Of a stretch of 63,595 nt of DNA, positions 39,829 through 49,657 are shown piece after piece. The position numbers and the translations under genes are program-made. The stretch's first letter is position 1, and the number at the start of each line of letters is the position of its first letter. The notes beneath the pieces are model-generated. The model searched no databases. It was not told the DNA's origin and saw only the letters and a program-made list of their open reading frames with translations. The DNA comes from a virus: the IMG/VR virus record IMGVR_UViG_3300028549_001550; one strand, written 5' to 3'.

Positions 39829-41024
39829 TGAAAACTGACGGCTTTGTGGGTATGAACAACGTCAAGGTAAAAGACCGAACGCTCGGAGAACCTTCCCTTC
39901 TCCTGAACGCTCACGTTGATATAGACGGGTCTTTGGAAAAGAGGGAAGGGATTCAACAGGTGGTTGCCTTGCCGGGTTCCCATAGCCTATGGACGAACGA
40001 GAAGGGCACTGTCTTGTGCATGGCAAAGGGTGATCTTTACCGGGTCGTTGATAAAAAAGATGTGGTTCTGCTGGCATCAACAGGGCAACCTGATTCACCA
40101 GTTTCTTACCTTGTGATCTCCGGTTTGATCTATATCTCCAACAGATATTGGACCGGGATTTATGATCCAGCAACGGACACCATTGAAAATTGGGGTGCGG
40201 CCGTGCCTGATGCTCCTATCTTGATGGTGACAGCCGGGAGCTTACCTGCTGGTAAATACATGGTGTGCATGACTGTTACGGGTCCAAGGGGCAGACCTTC
40301 CGGCAACGGGTCCATGACCGGCATAGAGCTAACCGAGGCAGGGGGGATATCAATCTTAAACCTGCCTCCCCTGGGTTCGGCATGGGTAACGGATCCTAAT
40401 GGCAGTCAGTTTTATTATTCTGGCACAGAGTCAGACATAACCGCCTTGCCGTTTCCAGACATGATACCGACTTTGTGGGGAAGCCCTCCCAAACCCATGA
40501 CCTGTCTATGTTACGCCTTTGGCCGGGTGTGGGGGGGATGCGGTTCAAGGTTGTATTACAGCGAACCTTTCCAGCCTGAGCTATTCAAGTTGGGTGAAGC
40601 CTACTTTGAAGTTGGGGAACCCATCGGTAACATAGCCAAAACCAACGGCGGGTTATTCGTAGGATGCAAAGACCGCACCTTCTTTTTTGCCGGGGTAGAT
40701 CCTGGAGCAATGGTTCAACGAGAAGCCGGGCCGGGAGTGGTTCCGGGTTCCCTGTGCTATGCCAATGATTTTGGGGAAATGGGGCGCAATGTCCCTATCT
40801 GGATTGGCACAGACGGGGTTTATGCCGGGAATGCAGAGGGTCACATGGTCAACCTGATCAAGAACAAGATCACGATGAGCGCAAGGCAGGAGCAGGGCGC
40901 ATCCATCTACAACGTGAAGAATGGCCAAACAAGAATGATGTTTTCATATCAGCAGGGCAACAAGGATTTAGTCATGGGCGATAATGCCGCCTGTGAAATT
41001 ATCCGAAACGGATCTTTAATTTAA
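39828..41024 (+). CDS. Virion structural protein (398 aa)
   Basis: It is translationally coupled (TAATG) in the late operon. No family recognised. Confidence 0.55.
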   Translation: MKTDGFVGMNNVKVKDRTLGEPSLLLNAHVDIDGSLEKREGIQQVVALPGSHSLWTNEKGTVLCMAKGDLYRVVDKKDVVLLASTGQPDSPVSYLVISGLIYISNRYWTGIYDPATDTIENWGAAVPDAPILMVTAGSLPAGKYMVCMTVTGPRGRPSGNGSMTGIELTEAGGISILNLPPLGSAWVTDPNGSQFYYSGTESDITALPFPDMIPTLWGSPPKPMTCLCYAFGRVWGGCGSRLYYSEPFQPELFKLGEAYFEVGEPIGNIAKTNGGLFVGCKDRTFFFAGVDPGAMVQREAGPGVVPGSLCYANDFGEMGRNVPIWIGTDGVYAGNAEGHMVNLIKNKITMSARQEQGASIYNVKNGQTRMMFSYQQGNKDLVMGDNAACEIIRNGSLI

Positions 41025-41064
41025 ATAACCATGGGGATATCCCATTATAAACAGGAGTAGCAAA

Positions 41065-41664
41065 ATGGATTCACTTATTCAGAGTACAGACATCGGGGCG
41101 CAGTTGGCAGCAGACGTAGAAATTGCCCATGCCCTCAGACACCACAAGGACAAGTTGGGCTTTCAGGGTTTTGTTACGGCAGAACACCGCCGGAATGGAG
41201 AGGTTCTTTGTCGGCAGTCAGGCAAGAACACTTTCACCACAGAAGGTATGGCATTCATGTTGAACACCATGTTCCATGATATTGCCAAAGCCGCCGCCCA
41301 TATCTGGTATGTGGGTATTTTCAAGAACAACGTAACCCCTTCCCTGGCAGATACCGCCACAAAGTTGGGCTCCGGTAATGCCTATGGCGAGTGCCAGGAT
41401 GCCGATTACGATAACCCCCTCACCAACAGGCCAGTTTACGCAACAGAGGACACAACCACAGCGGTTATCTCCAATGTTAATGCCAAGGCCCATTTTGTCA
41501 TGAACTCTTCCATCACTGTTTACGGTGCGTTCCTCACCAACAAACAGGCAAAGACTGACAGCTCCGGTACCATGATGTGCGCAAAACGGTTTGGTACTCC
41601 CAGGGCGGTTATTGCTGACGATGAAATTTACGTAACTTATCAAGTAACGACAACCACCTCATAA
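41065..41664 (+). CDS. Virion structural protein (199 aa)
   Basis: AGGAG lies upstream and the sequence is beta-rich. No family recognised. Confidence 0.55.
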   Translation: MDSLIQSTDIGAQLAADVEIAHALRHHKDKLGFQGFVTAEHRRNGEVLCRQSGKNTFTTEGMAFMLNTMFHDIAKAAAHIWYVGIFKNNVTPSLADTATKLGSGNAYGECQDADYDNPLTNRPVYATEDTTTAVISNVNAKAHFVMNSSITVYGAFLTNKQAKTDSSGTMMCAKRFGTPRAVIADDEIYVTYQVTTTTS

Positions 41665-41768
41665 AAAGCCTTTAAACAATGAAATTTAGCTATATGTTGC
41701 ATTATTAATCCATAGCTGGTATGTTCTTTTAGGTTAATTATTTTTTTTCACAAAGGAGCATACCAGTT

Positions 41769-42581
41769 ATGAAAAACACCCATGAAATCAAAGGCAATGT
41801 AGTGAAAGTAACCGTTCCTTACAAAGATGGAGAAAATTTTATCTTTACTATTGATCTTGATGACCTGCCGATAGTTGACAGTAAAGCATCATGGTCGATG
41901 GATAAGAACAAAACCTCTGCCGTTGCCAATTTTCGTGAAGAGGGGAAGATGTGCAAAGCTACCATGCACCGACTTCTTACTGGCTGGAAGAATGTTAATT
42001 TTGCAGATGAAGATCGTTTTAATTTAAGGCGGTCAAACATGATTGAAGCAGAGCAACGCAAGCGACGCAGGAAAGCTGGTCAACATCTAAAGGGGAACGA
42101 GTATATTGTACACCAAGACTATGCCGAAATGATTATTGACGGAAAGTCTTCTGGCAAGGTTCTTATAGATTGTGATGATTTATTTCTCGTTTCTAATTAC
42201 ACATGGAACATAAACCCAAGCAATGGATATGTTCAAACCAAAACAAGAGAAGGCCGTGGTAAATCTCAAGCCATTTATCTCCACAGACTGATTATGGGAG
42301 AGAAATGTGATGGAACGAAAGTGGACCACATAGATGGGATTAGATTAAATAACAGAAAAAACAATCTCAGGACGTGCTCTAACTCTCAAAATTTACATAA
42401 TATTAAAACTACATGGCATCCAAACGAGCGAAAGTTTAGAGGCGTAACTGTTGCCAGATATTGTTATGTTGCACAGATCCAGATTGATGGCAAACGATAT
42501 CGTGAGTGCTTCTCTACCTTTGAAGACGCTATGAAGCAGCGTTTAAAATGGGAAAAAGAATTTAACCCTTCAGGATTATAA
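41769..42581 (+). CDS. HNH homing endonuclease with AP2 DNA-binding domain
   Basis: The HNH_3 motif is HRLIMGEKCDGTKVDHIDGIRLNNRKNNLRTCSNSQNLHN and the AP2-like stretch is FRGVTVARYCYVAQIQIDGKRYRECFSTFEDAMKQRLKWEKEF. An AT-rich 104-bp spacer precedes it, and it sits as a free-standing insertion in the structural operon. Confidence 0.85.
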   Translation: MKNTHEIKGNVVKVTVPYKDGENFIFTIDLDDLPIVDSKASWSMDKNKTSAVANFREEGKMCKATMHRLLTGWKNVNFADEDRFNLRRSNMIEAEQRKRRRKAGQHLKGNEYIVHQDYAEMIIDGKSSGKVLIDCDDLFLVSNYTWNINPSNGYVQTKTREGRGKSQAIYLHRLIMGEKCDGTKVDHIDGIRLNNRKNNLRTCSNSQNLHNIKTTWHPNERKFRGVTVARYCYVAQIQIDGKRYRECFSTFEDAMKQRLKWEKEFNPSGL

Positions 42582-44744
42582 ATGCCAACTATCAATCATA
42601 AAAATTTGGGAGACATCCAGAGCCACATATATTTATCCGGCACCATAACCATGGTTTACCCGGAGGAAGAGGGGACTCCACCAGAACATTGGGACACGGC
42701 AAACGTTCTCGTGGACGGGTACGCCTACACCTGGAGTCATGCACCAATCTTTTACCATTGCAACCCCCTTTCCCTGGAACGAGATAACGGGGCCATCATT
42801 GACGGTGCCAAGGGCTTTGTGGCAGGGGATAAGGTTATCATCCTATGTGAAATCACAACAGCCAAGGTTGGATCACAACAGCAGATCAACAATGTCATGA
42901 TTGTTGGCCACAAGGAAGGGCCGGTCAAATGTGCCTACAACATCATCATGGTCAGGTGCAGTCTTGCGGAGCTTGAACCCCTGGACCTGGAAACACTCCA
43001 GGCGAACACAGGGGAGCAATGTACCATGTTTGATGTTAGGACAAAAAAAGCTGCCAACATTCCAGATCCAGATATCCCAGGAGAATTATTGACGTTCCCC
43101 TGTCCCATTGCCAAGGTAAAGCCCTTCCTGCTTAATACTGAACTCCAGGGGGTTGAGATGTTTGAATCTTTCCCCCAGGGAGATAGCATTGTCCAGGTGG
43201 CCGGGTTCGTCCCAAACTGGACAGATGATGGATGTGGGGACGATATCCGGGGAGGCGTGGACGCTAAAGACTGGTGGACCAGCTATGACATCGAAGCAAA
43301 TCCAGTAATGAACTTTTTTGAGGATGCCATTATTTCCATCATGCTTGATGACGAAGGCGCTTCAAATGGCACATATCAGCGCACCATGGATACCATTTTA
43401 AACAAAACAGCCGATATCGAAGCGTGGGACAACAAGAGCAAGGCGTTTGGAATAGACCACAGGTCTTATATCGTAACTGGACCAGAGGTTGCTATCTCTG
43501 CCCAGGCAGTAGGCCCGGACGGGTTCCCTTTGAAAAATGCAGAATCCCAACATATCCAAACAGCCTTTGGTGAAAACGAGATATGGCTTTGTGCTGTAAA
43601 TTCCTATGGCGGGATTATCATGGCCTATTGTGATGCCATGTGGAAGTTTATCCGGGTTGAGGATTTTCCACCAAACATCCCAATTCCTGGAGCAATAGAG
43701 AATTGGCAAAAGGTTGCAAATAAAGCTGCAATAGGTGGAGCTTTGCCAGGAGGTATGGCTTCACAGGCTGGAGTTTCTATAAATGATATCTCCATGGCCC
43801 TTGCCTCAGATATCACCATGGCCGGACAAGGTAACAGTATATGGAGCTATGGAGCATTAAAAAGAATCAATGAAGGTTGCTTTCATAGGACTCAGCACCC
43901 GGCGGTAGATGGTAGTGTAGTCCTGAGATCCTTGCCTATCCCGGAAGATAAAGAAGAGCCAGCCTATTTATCGGCACTAAATTTTAGGCAAGACAAGATT
44001 GATGTTTGGTACAGACACGATAATTGGATGAACACCTTTGACATTGCCGTGGGGACATTTGGTGTAGACACAACTTGGTGGTTTCGTTCCGAGGCACAAC
44101 GATGGGGATGTGATGCCATATTTGTTGACACGCCATTAGGGAGTATGTGGCACCAGTCACCGAACTGGAAGGCTTGCATCTGGTATCTGTATAGCATTCA
44201 AATGGGTAGTTCAATGATGACAGCGAGGCAGGACAAGCCCCTACGCCAAGACTTTAAGATGTCATGCAAGCACAGCCGGGCGGTCGCCTGTCAACTTTAT
44301 GTGAACCAGCGAACCGCTATTACCCTTTGGTCTGAGCTTGAGGACAAGTTCGTTAAGCAGGTAGTAGGCGTTGACCCTTACCATTGCATCCCTTCAATCA
44401 ATGAGGAGGATCCCGTAGCCTATGCCAAGATGCCAGACGGGACATTAAAACACTTTTCCCTTTTGACCGAGGAAGAGATTGAACTATTGATTTCAGATAG
44501 AATTTATCTATGGTCTGCCAGTGAAACAACCCCTGAATCCCTACGTGCCAGCCGGAACGAGATAGAGATCATGGGTTCAGCACAGCTTTACTCTGAACTA
44601 CAAACCAAACATGAAAGGCGGAACCCTGTTGACCAGGAAAGAACACCCGAGTTTGAACAGGCTATCCAGGAATTGATAAAGATGGTGGTGGATCCTGCCC
44701 TATCTAAGTTCGCTCCTATATTTCTTGACATGGAGATTATTTAA
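42582..44744 (+). CDS. Large virion/tail protein (720 aa)
   Basis: It starts directly after the HNH stop (TAAATG). No family recognised. Confidence 0.6.
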   Translation: MPTINHKNLGDIQSHIYLSGTITMVYPEEEGTPPEHWDTANVLVDGYAYTWSHAPIFYHCNPLSLERDNGAIIDGAKGFVAGDKVIILCEITTAKVGSQQQINNVMIVGHKEGPVKCAYNIIMVRCSLAELEPLDLETLQANTGEQCTMFDVRTKKAANIPDPDIPGELLTFPCPIAKVKPFLLNTELQGVEMFESFPQGDSIVQVAGFVPNWTDDGCGDDIRGGVDAKDWWTSYDIEANPVMNFFEDAIISIMLDDEGASNGTYQRTMDTILNKTADIEAWDNKSKAFGIDHRSYIVTGPEVAISAQAVGPDGFPLKNAESQHIQTAFGENEIWLCAVNSYGGIIMAYCDAMWKFIRVEDFPPNIPIPGAIENWQKVANKAAIGGALPGGMASQAGVSINDISMALASDITMAGQGNSIWSYGALKRINEGCFHRTQHPAVDGSVVLRSLPIPEDKEEPAYLSALNFRQDKIDVWYRHDNWMNTFDIAVGTFGVDTTWWFRSEAQRWGCDAIFVDTPLGSMWHQSPNWKACIWYLYSIQMGSSMMTARQDKPLRQDFKMSCKHSRAVACQLYVNQRTAITLWSELEDKFVKQVVGVDPYHCIPSINEEDPVAYAKMPDGTLKHFSLLTEEEIELLISDRIYLWSASETTPESLRASRNEIEIMGSAQLYSELQTKHERRNPVDQERTPEFEQAIQELIKMVVDPALSKFAPIFLDMEII

Positions 44745-44745
44745 T

Positions 44746-45108
44746 ATGTTTACCCCGAACAAGGTAGATTTAACAATCTATCAGGGTGCCTCATACCAAC
44801 AGGCTTGGCAGTTGGTAGATAAAATAACTGGAGATCCTATAGACCTTACAGGATACACGGCAAAGATGCAGATCAGGGGCAAGATAAAAGATGATGTCAC
44901 CATTCTTGATCTCACAACAACCAACGGTGGAATTGCGATAACCGTAACAGAGGATATGACAACTCTTTCCCTGTATGCGTCTGCCTTGGCAACATCTGTA
45001 ATTACAGCATCCAAGGGTATCTATGACCTGGAATTGATAGATACTTCTGGTGATGTATATCGCCTTATGCAGGGCACCGTAACGATCTCTCAAGAGGTCA
45101 CAAGATGA
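44746..45108 (+). CDS. Small beta-sandwich-like tail-associated protein (120 aa)
   Basis: The sequence runs MFTPNKVDLTIYQGASYQQAWQL...GIYDLELIDTSGDVYRLMQGTVTISQEVTR. ATG 44746 lies just after the upstream stop, whereas the track start 44725 overlaps it. Confidence 0.5.
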   Translation: MFTPNKVDLTIYQGASYQQAWQLVDKITGDPIDLTGYTAKMQIRGKIKDDVTILDLTTTNGGIAITVTEDMTTLSLYASALATSVITASKGIYDLELIDTSGDVYRLMQGTVTISQEVTR

Positions 45109-45302
45109 GCCTGATTCCTTTCAATCCAGATACCGAGGTTGAGTTATTAAAAGTTATGTCACAGCAGATTACAATCATGGAGGTTGATTCCGGGCTTGGT
45201 TCTTCCCTTTACCAATCATTCCAGGACTATTTAACCCTGGACGGGGGTAGACCTGCGGAGAACTTCACGAATATTAAACCTTTGGATGGAGGTAGACCAT
45301 AA
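45105..45302 (+). CDS. Hypothetical protein (65 aa)
   Basis: It overlaps the upstream gene by 4 nt and the downstream gene by 1 nt (TAATG). Confidence 0.45.
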   Translation: MSLIPFNPDTEVELLKVMSQQITIMEVDSGLGSSLYQSFQDYLTLDGGRPAENFTNIKPLDGGRP

Positions 45303-46018
45303 TGGCGATACCAATTCAATTCAGGAAAGGCACTGTTAAAGAATGGGCCGATGCCGACCCTGTTCTTTTTGAAGGGGAACTTGGGCTACTTTTGACAGAC
45401 GATCCTGATACGCAGCTTATGAAGATGGGGGACGGCACCCTGAAATGGTCTGAACTGCCATGGGCTTTACGAGGCCCCAGGGGGTTTGATTTTGCTTATC
45501 AGTGGGCCGGGACATCCCTTCAGGTAAAACATAGTGACGAGGAACTATTCACGGGCGTAGACCTGGGGTTATCCTTCTCCTGGGATGGTACCAGGCTCGG
45601 GATCAAGAGGGGAACAGACCAGGAATACACGTTCACCGACCTGCGTGGTGCCAACTTTCAATATGCTTGGGATGGTACCAGGTTAGGGGTAAAGACCTCG
45701 GATGAAACAGAATACCTTTATTCTGATCTCAAGGGCGAGAAGGGAGACACAGGGAGTCAGGGAGAGCAAGGCATACAGGGAATCCAAGGGATACAGGGTG
45801 AGCAAGGGATACAAGGAGAAAAAGGGAATATCGGCGAGAAGGGAGATACCGGGAACCCTGCCAACCTTGCAGAGGGTCAGATATGGGTGGGGAATGCCTT
45901 GGGGGTAGCCACAGCGACACCCACAGATATCACGTCAATAAAAAAACTAACCCAAGTAGCCTATGACGCTCTTGATCCTAAAGTGGAAACAACTCTCTAT
46001 CTTATCATTGAGGAATAA
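45302..46018 (+). CDS. Tail fibre protein with collagen-like triple-helix repeats
   Basis: The N-terminus FRKGTVKEWADADPVLFEGELGLLLTDDPDTQLMKMGDGTLKWSELPW matches the Mtd_N / fibre N-terminal pattern. It is followed by 15 consecutive G-x-y triplets: GEKGDTGSQGEQGIQGIQGIQGEQGIQGEKGNIGEKGDTGNP. Confidence 0.75.
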   Translation: MAIPIQFRKGTVKEWADADPVLFEGELGLLLTDDPDTQLMKMGDGTLKWSELPWALRGPRGFDFAYQWAGTSLQVKHSDEELFTGVDLGLSFSWDGTRLGIKRGTDQEYTFTDLRGANFQYAWDGTRLGVKTSDETEYLYSDLKGEKGDTGSQGEQGIQGIQGIQGEQGIQGEKGNIGEKGDTGNPANLAEGQIWVGNALGVATATPTDITSIKKLTQVAYDALDPKVETTLYLIIEE

Positions 46019-46020
46019 AC

Positions 46021-46311
46021 ATGATTTCCCATGATGTAGCGAAAATCTATGTTGGTCCAGTGAATGTTAAGGGTGTTTACTTGGGGGCCAATAAGGTATG
46101 GGCCGAGGATAAGGGTGGAAACTTTCTATTAATACAGATTGAAACGCAAGTAGATTCTGAAAGCCCTGTTTTAGGGCCTCTACAGGCAACGATGGATTTA
46201 CCAAATTTGTTAGTCGATGTTCAACTTATAATTAATATACACGCCTTTATTGATTTATCGCAAACGGTGATGGAATTACCAACAATTTTAATTTCAACAA
46301 TGGTGGAATAA
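46021..46311 (+). CDS. Hypothetical protein (96 aa)
   Basis: The ORF is in the tail-fibre cluster. No family recognised. Confidence 0.45.
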   Translation: MISHDVAKIYVGPVNVKGVYLGANKVWAEDKGGNFLLIQIETQVDSESPVLGPLQATMDLPNLLVDVQLIINIHAFIDLSQTVMELPTILISTMVE

Positions 46312-46317
46312 AAAAAA

Positions 46318-47496
46318 ATGAAACAAACAATGGCTTTACCAAAGATCAATCTGCATTTTGAAGTTAAAAAAAATGGGTTAATTATAAAAGATCAATATGA
46401 AGAAGGCCATTCCTGGACACGGAATGGTTGGAATATGTTTGCAATGATGATGATGTACTGTGGAGGTGTTCCCCTTAGTTTAGCATTGGCGACAGGATCT
46501 CTTAAAACAAAATCCATGTCAGGTGTTTTGAACACAGCTGTTCTTTCAGATGGCGTATCAACAAATATGGCATCATTGCTTGGCTATGGTTTAATCAATA
46601 ATACCACATCTTCAAGTTTCGGGATTTTAGTGGGAAGCGGAACAAAACCCTTCTCGGTTGAGGATTTTCAATTATCGACACTTATACCAAGTGGTATTAA
46701 TGTCAATAATCTTGTATATTCTGCTCAAACGTTGCCAGCTGTAAGATATGCTAACCGTGCGTTCACAACAGTGCATTCAAGAGTTTTTAATAACAATTCC
46801 CCATCGCCCATAACTGTTACAGAGGTCGGTTTTTGTTTTAATGGAGCAGGTCAAGTGGCTGGAAACACTCTTGTTTCAAGGGATTTGCTTGAAATTCCTA
46901 TAGAGATCCCTGTAGGGTCACAACTTACCGTTAATATCGAGCTTTCTGCTAATTTTTCAGCCATAGATATACCAAATTATCCGATTGCGGGGGATCTTGT
47001 AGGTGGAGGGATGTATTTAGCCCCATCTACAATAGATCCCGATTACACATATATTTTATCTCCAATAGTTGGCGGTCAATCTGCACCCATGACATGGGCG
47101 AACGTAGAAACATCTTGGGGCTTATTGAATAATCCTGATGGGTATGCACAAACACAAGTTCTGATGAGTAAAGGAGCAGATTCAACCATTGGAACTTTTT
47201 GTTCTGGAAAAAATGCGGAAAACTTTAATGGCCATAATGATTGGTTTGTTCGTTCAGATTGCGAAGCTGGAGATTCTTATTCCAGCATAGTTACAAAGAT
47301 ACCTGCTGATTATGCCTATAATTCAACTTGGTATTGGTCATCGTCTGAACAGGACGCAAGTCAAGGAAGATGTTTCGATAATTCAGGAAACAGTGTTGAT
47401 TATTGGAACAAAACGAGTATGAGCCATATGTACCCAGTGAGACTTATAAGGAAAGCCTTGATTTCAGATATCATTGCAGAAAAAGCGGGGCAATAA
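46318..47496 (+). CDS. Putative receptor-binding protein with DUF1566/C-type-lectin-like C-terminus
   Basis: The C-terminus GHNDWFVRSDCEAGDSY...NSTWYWSSSEQDASQGRCFDNSGNSVDYWNKTSMSHMYPVRLIRK resembles the DUF1566 pattern (DW-x-LP ... YWSS ... VR-x-VR). Confidence 0.45.
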   Translation: MKQTMALPKINLHFEVKKNGLIIKDQYEEGHSWTRNGWNMFAMMMMYCGGVPLSLALATGSLKTKSMSGVLNTAVLSDGVSTNMASLLGYGLINNTTSSSFGILVGSGTKPFSVEDFQLSTLIPSGINVNNLVYSAQTLPAVRYANRAFTTVHSRVFNNNSPSPITVTEVGFCFNGAGQVAGNTLVSRDLLEIPIEIPVGSQLTVNIELSANFSAIDIPNYPIAGDLVGGGMYLAPSTIDPDYTYILSPIVGGQSAPMTWANVETSWGLLNNPDGYAQTQVLMSKGADSTIGTFCSGKNAENFNGHNDWFVRSDCEAGDSYSSIVTKIPADYAYNSTWYWSSSEQDASQGRCFDNSGNSVDYWNKTSMSHMYPVRLIRKALISDIIAEKAGQ

Positions 47497-49646
47497 TGCT
47501 TCTATTTTCAGACGGCTTTGAATCTTTTGATATTACAGATATCAAAAGGAAATGGGGTGTGGCAATATTACCGACCAATCTCGCGACAGACCCCGAACCC
47601 TACAATAGAATTGTTTCCGGCGTAGATGCCACAAAAAACCCACCTCAGTTTCTATCCAGAAAGGGGGGGCGAGCATTGCAAGTAAAGGGATATGATTTTG
47701 AATTGACAACCCCTATTAAAAAATCAAGGTCTGTATTTGTTGGTTTTGCTTTGCGCTCTGGTAAAGGGAAAATCAAGGGGTTAAAGGTTGCTTTTTATAG
47801 CATGGTTCTCCCCAATAAATCTGACGGTACTGGGTTTTTAAACGGATATAAGGATAGTGATCGGCTCGTTGCAGAATGTGAATTGGTTCTGAATACAACC
47901 TCGGTTTTTTGTAATTGGACGTTTCCTGATCCTGCGGTTGCAAATCAAACATCGGTAATAGATATCTCTTTAAACCCAAAGGGCGGGGAGTTTGTATATT
48001 ATCAGACAGGGATAACCTTGAATGGTAACGCCATGAATGCGGAGGATCGTACAGCCTGGGTTGAAAATAGACTTGGTACATGGGAACAATCACGGAGAAT
48101 TGACAATATAGCAACTGCTGTTTTTGACTCGGATAAAAGTCATTATATTAACGCAGTTTCCTTATACTCTCCAGTTGGTAACTACATTAACAACGTTGAC
48201 GGGGATATAATCCAGCTTGACGATGTTTATATTTGTAATGATGAAGGGCCAGTAAACAACACCTTTCTTGGTGATGTTCGGATAAAGCGAATGACCCCAA
48301 GTATCCAAGGAACAATTAACAACGGGGTATCTTATAACTTTACTGGTTCCAGGCATAATGGGGTATCTGCTGATTTTATCAATACTGTTGATGCCCTTCC
48401 GAATCCATTGCCAGATCCAGAACAAAACCCCATGTTTATTCCATGGGTAGATCCTAGATCCTCTTTCCTTCAACTTCGTTCTAATGCAACACAGTTGTTT
48501 CAATTTACACATCCAGATTACGAGGGAGCGCAACCCAAGATACTTGGAGTAGTTGCCACGGTTATCTCTCGTTGTCAAACAGATATTGGGAAACAATCTG
48601 AAATAGAATTTGTCAGAAAAATAGGCAGTAACCCCCAGGAGCCAGCAGATAATTCATCAGCAGTATTCCCTGTCAGCACAAAAAGAGGATGGGAATCTAC
48701 ATCCTTGGGTTTTGATAATAATGAAATGTTGTTGGAAGGTCGGGAATCTCTTATTTGGTCACCATTGGCAGTTAACAACAGTGAATGGGGCATAAGAATA
48801 AAAGATTGGGATAGAGATCCATCGGAGTATATCCCTGGGTATCTTCGCCACAACATCAAGTTTGAAGATATCCTTCATGAAACGATATATCTAAATGGTT
48901 TTTCCCATAGGTTTTGGGATCGAATGATAGACGAGGGGCTTGTATTTGTGGACGTTCCAGACAACGCCTGGGCAACGTTTGCATATGATACCTTATCAGC
49001 TATGGTTGAGATGATAATCACAAAAAGAGGGTTAAAAGGGATTGATGAGAGGCTATACATCCAAGATGAAATCCCTTGGCAGTATTTCTTTTTGAAAGAG
49101 GTTATGGGTTTGTCTGACGATTTGCTGTTTGCCTGGGCAGGGGATATCTCAGATTCCATGGGTATTGCTGACGACAGTATTGATAAATGGGTGGAAGAGG
49201 TAGCAGACGGGTACAGGGTATATGGATCAAACGTAAGGACAGACATCGGTGAGAACCTTTATGACGTTTTTTCCCTGGAGGAACCTCTTGTGTGGGACAA
49301 CCATGAAACCCTTGAAGATTCATTGGAGGCCAGGGTTTCTTATGTCTGGTCAGCTCATGAGCTGGTTGAGGAGTATTTATGGTACCAGGAATATTCTATT
49401 GGTTCCCACGGTGAACGGGTTGAAGAGGTAATAGGCTTTATAGAGGATCATTTCGATGGGTGGTGGGTTGAAGAATTGCGAGATCCCTTATCTATCTGGT
49501 TCACGGGCATTACCCAACACTGGAGATATGAGTGGTTCATGGGGGTTATCATTAATAGTATTAGATTTGAACCGATTGAAGATACTGGACAATGGGGCGG
49601 TGATGGCATGGACGGATACAGGACAGGATTTGTTAGTTGGAATTAG
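47496..49646 (+). CDS. Large tail/receptor-binding candidate (716 aa), paralogous N-terminus with the 49658 gene
   Basis: ATG 47496 overlaps the upstream TAA. The N-terminus MLLFSDGFESFDITDIKRKW compares with MLLFAENFDDETIASLTGF in the next gene. Confidence 0.6.
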   Translation: MLLFSDGFESFDITDIKRKWGVAILPTNLATDPEPYNRIVSGVDATKNPPQFLSRKGGRALQVKGYDFELTTPIKKSRSVFVGFALRSGKGKIKGLKVAFYSMVLPNKSDGTGFLNGYKDSDRLVAECELVLNTTSVFCNWTFPDPAVANQTSVIDISLNPKGGEFVYYQTGITLNGNAMNAEDRTAWVENRLGTWEQSRRIDNIATAVFDSDKSHYINAVSLYSPVGNYINNVDGDIIQLDDVYICNDEGPVNNTFLGDVRIKRMTPSIQGTINNGVSYNFTGSRHNGVSADFINTVDALPNPLPDPEQNPMFIPWVDPRSSFLQLRSNATQLFQFTHPDYEGAQPKILGVVATVISRCQTDIGKQSEIEFVRKIGSNPQEPADNSSAVFPVSTKRGWESTSLGFDNNEMLLEGRESLIWSPLAVNNSEWGIRIKDWDRDPSEYIPGYLRHNIKFEDILHETIYLNGFSHRFWDRMIDEGLVFVDVPDNAWATFAYDTLSAMVEMIITKRGLKGIDERLYIQDEIPWQYFFLKEVMGLSDDLLFAWAGDISDSMGIADDSIDKWVEEVADGYRVYGSNVRTDIGENLYDVFSLEEPLVWDNHETLEDSLEARVSYVWSAHELVEEYLWYQEYSIGSHGERVEEVIGFIEDHFDGWWVEELRDPLSIWFTGITQHWRYEWFMGVIINSIRFEPIEDTGQWGGDGMDGYRTGFVSWN

Positions 49647-49657
49647 GATAAAAAACT

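Noticed and set aside
46318-47496. An active diversity-generating retroelement targeting the lectin-like C-terminus
   Set aside because: No reverse-transcriptase ORF (no YxDD-containing protein) exists and I saw no template repeat. It is retained only as a low-interest note.
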